Source of the DNA: Chloroflexota bacterium
GTDB taxonomy: Bacteria; Chloroflexota; Limnocylindria; Limnocylindrales; CSP1-4
Assembly (NCBI GenBank): GCA_021789435.1
Contig: JAJYJO010000004.1
Coordinates: forward strand, 5,108 to 69,107
DNA: 64,000 nt
Reading direction: 5' to 3'
The notes under the pieces are model-generated. The model did not search any database. It was given only the letters and a program-made list of their open reading frames with translations, and had not been told where the DNA came from. Positions 58,554-64,000 of this stretch are shown here, piece after piece (position 1 is the first letter of the stretch; the number at the start of each line of letters is the position of its first letter). A program made the position numbers and the translations under genes.

Positions 58554-60013
58554 GGCGCCGCCGACCCGCCGGCTGCGCCGGCGGGGATCCAGCTCGGGAC
58601 CGGCAGCTCCGCCCGCACCACGGTCGGGCCACCGGCCGGACTCGAAAGCGTGAACCGTCCGTCGACCGCCTCGACCCGCCCGGCGAGCCCGGCCAGGCCA
58701 CCGCCGGCCGAGATGACCGCGCCGCCCGCGCCGTCGTCCCGAACCTCGATCACCAGCCACGGCCCGACCCGCCGGCAGCTGAGATCGCAGTGCGCGGCGC
58801 CGCTGTGTTTGGCGACGTTGGCCAGCGCCTCCGTCGCCACGAAATAGGCCGCGCGCTCGATCCCGTCGGGCAACCGCTGGCCGGGAGGGAGATCGGTCTC
58901 GACGGTCGTCGGGACGGGCCCGTGGGCGGCGACGGAGGCGAGCGCGGGGCCCAGGCCCCGATCGATGAGGATGGCCGGCGCGATCCCCCGGACGAGGTTG
59001 CGCAGCTCGGCCAGGGCCTGCAGAGCCTGCTCCCGGCCCTCGAGGACGAGGCGCTTCGCCGCCTCCGGATCGCTGTCGATCCGCTCGCCGGCCAGGCCCA
59101 GATCGATCGAGAGCATGACGAGTCGCTGCTGGGCGCCGTCGTGGAGGTCCCGCTCGATCCGCCGGAGCTCGCTGGCCTCGGCGTCGAGCACGGCCGAGCG
59201 GCTCTCCTTGAGGCTCTCGACCTGCCGCTGCAGGACCCGGCTCTCGGACGTGCACAGGAGACCGGAGACGACCGCGCGATGCAGGGTCATCACGAGCTGC
59301 GAGAGCGACGCGGCGATCGGGAGAAGGGCGGCGCCGGCGAGGAAGCGGAGGAGCGCGACGGGGGCCTCATGGCCGGCGAGCCACCCGAGATACGGGAGCA
59401 GGCTGGCCCCGGCGACCGCGTCGTACCAGAGCGGCATCGTGACGAGCGCCAGGGCCAGCGTCCACACGACCACGACCACCGACGACTCGATGATGACGAG
59501 CGGGAAGTTCACCCCCACGTAGAGGACGTCCCGCCAGCGGCTCTCGTCGGCGAACTCGGCCCGGACGATCTCCCGCAGCGAGCCGGCCAGCGGTCGGTAG
59601 GGGTGCGGGCTCAGCGGCCGCGGGTCGGCCAGCGTTGCTCGTCTTCGTTCCACTCGCGCGACGAGGCGCGAACCTTCGATGCCCACGACGATGAGGGCCA
59701 CGCCGATCCCGGCGAACAGGGTGGAGGCGCCCGCCGAGAAGAGCGAAGCCAGGATGGCGAAGGCGAAGATCCCGACAAAGAACCCCAGCCCGATGGCGAC
59801 GTTGGCGTACCACGTCGCCGGGTGGATCGGCGCGAGGATGAATGCGCGGATCGGCTCCCGCGCCCGCGCTCCGCCCGCCGGGCCGGCACCGGCGGCGGGG
59901 CGAGGCGCGAGGATCCCCGACGAAGCGAAGGAGGCTTCGCCGGGGATCCTGGCCGCGCTCAGCCAGGTGAGGATCAGGAGCAGCCCCAGGACGAGGGCTG
60001 CCGCACCGATCAC
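58550..60013 (-). CDS. sensor histidine kinase (HisKA_3/NarL-partner type) with multi-TM sensor
   Basis: LHDGAQQRLV H-box and HATPase_c. GTG start overlaps the pspC stop. Convergent with the regulator gene, overlapping by 4 bp. Confidence 0.75.
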   Translation of the reverse strand: MIGAAALVLGLLLILTWLSAARIPGEASFASSGILAPRPAAGAGPAGGARAREPIRAFILAPIHPATWYANVAIGLGFFVGIFAFAILASLFSAGASTLFAGIGVALIVVGIEGSRLVARVERRRATLADPRPLSPHPYRPLAGSLREIVRAEFADESRWRDVLYVGVNFPLVIIESSVVVVVWTLALALVTMPLWYDAVAGASLLPYLGWLAGHEAPVALLRFLAGAALLPIAASLSQLVMTLHRAVVSGLLCTSESRVLQRQVESLKESRSAVLDAEASELRRIERDLHDGAQQRLVMLSIDLGLAGERIDSDPEAAKRLVLEGREQALQALAELRNLVRGIAPAILIDRGLGPALASVAAHGPVPTTVETDLPPGQRLPDGIERAAYFVATEALANVAKHSGAAHCDLSCRRVGPWLVIEVRDDGAGGAVISAGGGLAGLAGRVEAVDGRFTLSSPAGGPTVVRAELPVPSWIPAGAAGGSAAP

Positions 60014-60534
60014 AGCTGGCCGTGACGGGGTCGGGTCGCGGTCACGACCAGGAGCACGCCCAGCCCCAGGATGAACGCCGGCCACAGGAAGCGGCCCTGG
60101 TCCGCCCAGGCCGGCAGGGCATTGTCGGCCAGGGCGAGTGCCCCGAACAGGATCAGGATGGCCCCGAAGAAGGTCAGCCCCATCCCGCTGCCGCCCCTGG
60201 TCGCGTGGCGGTGGAGCGCCAGCCCCGGGCCGGCCGTGCCTGCGGCCGGGCCCAAGCCGGCGCTTGCGTCACCCGCGCTCTCGCCGGCCTGGCTCGAGCG
60301 GTCGGCCCGGTGCCAGCCGGCCTCGGCCTCGCCCGAGTACCCCTCGGGCTCGGCCGGGACGACGAGCGCCATCACGAAGTAGAGCAGCAGCCCCAGGCCG
60401 CCGAAGAAGACGGACAGGACCCACAGGAGCCGGACGATCGTCGGGTCGAGGTCCAGGTATTCGGCCACCCCGGCCGCGACGCCGGCGATCCGGCGGTCAT
60501 GTGTGCAGCGATAGAGACGGCGGTTCACTTGCAT
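60010..60534 (-). CDS. PspC-domain membrane protein
   Basis: LYRCTHDRRIAGVAAGVAEYLDLDPTIVRLLWVL matches the PspC domain. Confidence 0.75.
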   Translation of the reverse strand: MQVNRRLYRCTHDRRIAGVAAGVAEYLDLDPTIVRLLWVLSVFFGGLGLLLYFVMALVVPAEPEGYSGEAEAGWHRADRSSQAGESAGDASAGLGPAAGTAGPGLALHRHATRGGSGMGLTFFGAILILFGALALADNALPAWADQGRFLWPAFILGLGVLLVVTATRPRHGQL

Positions 60535-61475
60535 CCTCCGATCGGGTTGAACTCCACGCTTCCAAGGTTGACGCGGACGCTCAGATCGGCGCGGTGGGCT
60601 GCCAGCGCATAGTCTGGGCTCTGCCACACCCCCCCGTTCTGGACGAGCCCGCGGTAGCTCGACGACTTCAGGGAGCCGCTGTCGTCGACCCGCACGCCGA
60701 GGCCCCCGGGGACGCAGACCTTCAGCGACCCGACGTTCGCCTCGAGCGAACCGGTCAGGTCATGGCCGGCCGGCAGGTCGATCGACAGCACGCCAGCGTT
60801 GAGCACGGCCGACAGGCTGTCCACCGACGCGTCGCCCAGGCTGACGACGGCATCGGCGGCGCTCGTACGCAGCTCGAGCGCCCCGACCTGGGCCCCCGCG
60901 AGCTCGATGGCGGCCTCGCCCGAGTTCACGTCGAGGTTGAGCCGGTCGATCCGGGAGGTCGGCAGCGTCAGCCGCCACACGTCGCGGCCACGGGACCAGC
61001 CGGCTCGCCGGGCGGTGCCGACGGAGAGGCTGGTTCCGGTCGCGCTCACGTGCGCCGTGGCGTCGGCCGTGTTGCCCGCCTCCAGTCGCCAGCCGGATCC
61101 GGCCGCCGCCGTCACCGCCAGCGAGCCGCAGCCGCTCGTCACATCGATCGTGGCCGGCCCGTCGAACGTGCCCTGGCTGGTCGCGAAGCTCGCCGGCTGG
61201 CCGCCCCCACAGTCAATTGGGACCGGAGGTGCGACCGTGAGCGCGCCGCCGAGCAGCAGGCCCGGCATCGCGGCGGCGACGACCCACGCCGACGGGTTGA
61301 ACCGCGTGCGCCGAACGACGATCGCCACCCCGACCGCGACGACGGCCAGCGGCCAGAGCCCGAGGGCTCGTTCTAGGGTTGGCGCGTCCACGCCGCGGAG
61401 ATCGGCGGCGACCATCACGCCGCCCATGGCGACGAAGAAGACGCCCCAGTAGAGGAACCTGCGGTTGACCCGCAT
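60525..61475 (-). CDS. LiaF-like / DUF4097-type beta-repeat membrane-anchored protein
   Basis: N-terminal transmembrane helices, then repeated G-S-L/V beta-strand units. Position upstream of pspC and the sensor kinase. Confidence 0.5.
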   Translation of the reverse strand: MRVNRRFLYWGVFFVAMGGVMVAADLRGVDAPTLERALGLWPLAVVAVGVAIVVRRTRFNPSAWVVAAAMPGLLLGGALTVAPPVPIDCGGGQPASFATSQGTFDGPATIDVTSGCGSLAVTAAAGSGWRLEAGNTADATAHVSATGTSLSVGTARRAGWSRGRDVWRLTLPTSRIDRLNLDVNSGEAAIELAGAQVGALELRTSAADAVVSLGDASVDSLSAVLNAGVLSIDLPAGHDLTGSLEANVGSLKVCVPGGLGVRVDDSGSLKSSSYRGLVQNGGVWQSPDYALAAHRADLSVRVNLGSVEFNPIGGCK

Positions 61476-61885
61476 CGCCGTCCTGCCTCCTTCCGCCCCG
61501 TGGGTCGCCGGCGGCGCGGTCATCTCGTGGCGGTGCGCAGCCCCCGGCCGGCGGCTCGGGCCGCCACGCATCGAGATGACCGGGCGGTCGGGTGCCGGAT
61601 CGTTCTGCTCGCCATCGACGGTCAGGCTACGGCCGGGGGCAGGCGCCGCCCAGCCGGCCTGCCGGTGTCTTCGAGCTGGGGGTAGCCGCATCGCCGGGTG
61701 GGGCAGGCTGGCGTGCCGGACCGGCCGCTGGCATGCGCCCGGGGCGGGCCCACCGGCGGGGGGACTACACCGCGCGCCCCAGGTCGGTGAGGCGCCACGG
61801 TCCGAGCACGAGGAGGGCCGCGACCACCGGCAGGGCGAAGGCGAGTCCGGCCCGCCAGTGCGCGGTTCCGGCGCGCGCGTTCACG

Positions 61886-62791
61886 TCACTCCCGGATGTC
61901 GGCGCGCCGGAAGACCAGGTATGCGGCACCGAGGACGAGGGAGATCCAGGCGGCGATGACCAGGAGGCCCAGGAGCGGGTCGAGGTGGAGGGGCGAGACG
62001 GGCGCTCCCTGGTACGGCTCGCTCAGGCCGGACGCCCTCTCGATGTCCGCGTTGAGTCCGCCGAGGCGCGTCCCCAGGAGGAACTGGGGCAGCCACTCGA
62101 GGCCGGCGGACTTCCAGACGGCGAGGTTGGCGACGAGAGCATCGAAGAGGAAGTAGCCGTAAGTCAGGATCAGGGCGAAGATCGGCGAGCGCGTCACCAC
62201 CGCGGCGAGGGCGGCCACCGCGACGAAGGCGAGGCACCAGGTCCAGTCGCCGAAGCCCGCCAGCATGACCGTCAGCGGCGTCACCCCGCTCGGATGGTCA
62301 CTCCCCACCAGCGGCATCAGGAGCGGCAGTACGGCTCCGAGGGCGGCAAGGACGATCAGGGCGACCGTCATCACCGCGACGAGCGCGATGATCCGGGCGG
62401 CCAGGATCCGGCCGCGCTCCGGGTGGGCCAGGATGACGTTGCGGATGGTGCCCCAGTCGAACTCGCTGGCGATCCAGGAAGCGGCCACGAAGGCCGCCGC
62501 CATGAACAGCCAGCTCCCCTGCTGAAGAATGGTCACGATGCTCCGAGGGAAGATGTAGAGGTCCCGCACGGCCGCCGCCTGGGCGACGATCTGGGCGTTC
62601 TGGGCCTCGATCTGGGTCTTCAACTCGGATGGCATCGACGGATCGATGGGCGACAAGCCGGGCGCGCTCTTCGCGCTGCCCGCGCCGCTGAGGAAGCCAA
62701 GGACCCCGAGCGCCAGGACCGCGCCCAGAACGATCCAGAGATCGTAGCGGTGGCGGAAGCGGATCCAGTCGGCTCGGAGCAGCCCCATCAT
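61886..62791 (-). CDS. ABC-2 type exporter permease
   Basis: Six transmembrane helices. GGAG ribosome-binding site. ATGA overlap with the ATPase gene. Confidence 0.65.
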   Translation of the reverse strand: MMGLLRADWIRFRHRYDLWIVLGAVLALGVLGFLSGAGSAKSAPGLSPIDPSMPSELKTQIEAQNAQIVAQAAAVRDLYIFPRSIVTILQQGSWLFMAAAFVAASWIASEFDWGTIRNVILAHPERGRILAARIIALVAVMTVALIVLAALGAVLPLLMPLVGSDHPSGVTPLTVMLAGFGDWTWCLAFVAVAALAAVVTRSPIFALILTYGYFLFDALVANLAVWKSAGLEWLPQFLLGTRLGGLNADIERASGLSEPYQGAPVSPLHLDPLLGLLVIAAWISLVLGAAYLVFRRADIRE

Positions 62792-63729
62792 CGCGGAGTC
62801 TCCGGGTCCGCTTCGCCGGTCAGCTCGAGGAAGACCGACTCGAGCGAGGCTCGTCGAGGACCAAGCTCCACCGGGTAGAGCCCGGCCTCGGCGAGCCTCC
62901 GGCTGACCCGGGCACCTTGGCCCGCCGCGCCGGTGACCAGGATGGCGGCAGGCTCTCGTTCGGAGGAGCGCTCGACGGTCCACCCGCCTTCAGCGAGAAC
63001 CGCCACCGCCCGCTCCGCGTCGGGCGGGGTCTCCAACCGGACCAGGAGGCGAGCATCGGCCCCAAGCAGTTCCGACGTCGCACCCTGTCCGACCAGGCGC
63101 CCCCGGTGGAGCACTGCGAGTCGATCGCAGAGCTGCTCGACCTCGGGCAGGACGTGACTCGACAGGAAGATGGTCGCCCCGTCGTGCGCAAGTCGCGCGA
63201 TCAGCCCGCGGACCGCGACGACGCCGGCCGGGTCGAGACCTGCGGTCGGCTCATCGAGGATGACGAGCTCGGGCCGGCGCAGGAGGGCGAGGCCGATCGC
63301 GAGGCGCTGGAGCATCCCGCTCGAGTAGCCGCCGACCTTCCGCCCGGCGGCGTCGGCGAGATCGACGAGGTCCAGAACCTGCTCGATCCGGACGTCGGCC
63401 GCTCTCTTTGTCATACCCGCCGTGGCTGCGAACACGCGCAGGTTGTCGCGGGCCGACAGGCCGCCGTAGAAGGCCGGCCGCTCGACGAGCGCACCGACTC
63501 GCGCGAAGAGGCCCGGGTCCCGGCCCAGCGGCTGACCGAGCAGGCGGACCGATCCGGCTCCTGGTCGCAGCAGGCCGAGCAGCAGCCGGATCGTGGTCGT
63601 CTTGCCCGAGCCGTTCGGGCCTAGGAAGCCGTAGATCGAGCCCGCGGGGACATCGAGATCCAGCCCGTCAACCGCGCGCAGCGCGCCGAACGAACGAGTC
63701 AAGCCGCGGGCCTCGATGGCGGTTCCCAC
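62788..63729 (-). CDS. ABC transporter ATP-binding protein
   Basis: Walker A GPNGSGKTT, signature YSSGMLQRL, Walker B LVILDEPT. GGAGG ribosome-binding site before the GTG. Confidence 0.8.
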   Translation of the reverse strand: MGTAIEARGLTRSFGALRAVDGLDLDVPAGSIYGFLGPNGSGKTTTIRLLLGLLRPGAGSVRLLGQPLGRDPGLFARVGALVERPAFYGGLSARDNLRVFAATAGMTKRAADVRIEQVLDLVDLADAAGRKVGGYSSGMLQRLAIGLALLRRPELVILDEPTAGLDPAGVVAVRGLIARLAHDGATIFLSSHVLPEVEQLCDRLAVLHRGRLVGQGATSELLGADARLLVRLETPPDAERAVAVLAEGGWTVERSSEREPAAILVTGAAGQGARVSRRLAEAGLYPVELGPRRASLESVFLELTGEADPETPR

Positions 63730-63871
63730 GCGCGCCTCCCCTCGTCGCTCACCGGGACGCCGCGCCGAGTATACGGAAGGCCGGGGACGCCGGGGCCCGT
63801 CCGTCGGTGGCGACCCTTCGCGATCGCGCGGAGGTCCTCCATGGGGCCGACCAGGTGCCGCTGCCAGGAAC

Positions 63872-64000
63872 GTCCGGCCCGTGAGCACCTACACCCCGGC
63901 GCCCCGGTGGGGGGCTTACCGATCGGTCCGGGGCTTCTGCTATGCAGCCCTCGTCATCGAAGCCTTCAGCCGCCGGATCGTGGGCTGGCGGGTCGTGGCC
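63872..64000 (+). mobile_element. 5' part of an IS3-family transposase integrase-core domain, truncated by the window edge
   Basis: YAALVIEAFSRRIVGWRVV resembles the conserved start of the rve domain in IS3-family OrfB proteins. Confidence 0.45.

Noticed and set aside
1-64000. rRNA, tRNA, tmRNA or RNase P genes
   Set aside because: I found no stretch with recognisable tRNA cloverleaf features or rRNA-like conserved boxes by eye. Rfam and tRNAscan would be needed to exclude them formally.

Overview
This window is high-GC (about 70%), gene-dense bacterial chromosome with the codon bias and 4-bp GTGA/ATGA start-stop overlaps typical of Actinobacteria-like genomes. Reading left to right, I can support these features:

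- **Core metabolism (0-12.5 kb):** the 3' end of a pyruvate,phosphate dikinase gene and an APC amino-acid permease. An HTH regulator follows, translationally coupled to a complete eight-gene coproporphyrin-dependent heme operon (hemA-hemC-hemD-hemB-hemQ-hemL-hemE-hemH).
- **Metal and redox genes (12.5-21.4 kb):** a zur-znuA-znuC-znuB zinc uptake operon, a glucosaminidase-domain protein, a Zn-finger thioredoxin, thymidine kinase, an MFS transporter and a membrane-anchored molybdopterin oxidoreductase.
- **ParB-like pair (22.8-24.4 kb):** a ParB/Srx-like nuclease-domain protein translationally coupled to a calcineurin-like metallophosphoesterase.
- **Secreted and redox proteins (24.4-27.2 kb):** a Tat-secreted arylsulfotransferase-family protein and a DUF2231-Rieske protein.
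- **Regulators and exporters (27.5-36.7 kb):** a sigma-70 factor with an unusually long insert between regions 1.2 and 2.1, an XRE-TPR regulator, and an MFS-MarR-ABC-ABC exporter operon.
- **Redox and sigma module (37.5-46.0 kb):** a degenerate GGDEF protein, an LLM-class F420-type oxidoreductase, pirin, two YciI/DGPF proteins (one coupled to an ECF42-like sigma factor), a MoaD/ThiS-like GG-terminated protein and a BNR-repeat protein.
- **Copper island (46.1-52.5 kb):** an OmpR-type two-component system, a direct-repeat operator, SHOCT, two cupredoxins, CcdA and a CPH-motif CopB-type ATPase. A third cupredoxin sits at 56.5 kb.
- **Damaged genes (52.6-56.4 kb):** three genes that appear disrupted by a frameshift or an internal stop.
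- **Window end (57.9-64.0 kb):** an SDR oxidoreductase, a LiaF/PspC/sensor-kinase envelope-stress module with a convergent NarL-type regulator, an ABC-2 exporter, and an IS3-family transposase fragment at the window edge.

I found no rRNA, tRNA or CRISPR array by eye.

The observations most worth a second look are:

- a conserved 16-nt palindromic operator (TTGCATRTGCAACTAT) sitting in the spacer of two TTGACA promoters 13.7 kb apart;
- the ParB-like/metallophosphoesterase coupled pair;
- the perfect 11-bp direct-repeat operator in front of the copper operon;
- the paired palindromic repeats in a 650-bp non-coding gap;
- the cluster of pseudogene-like lesions.
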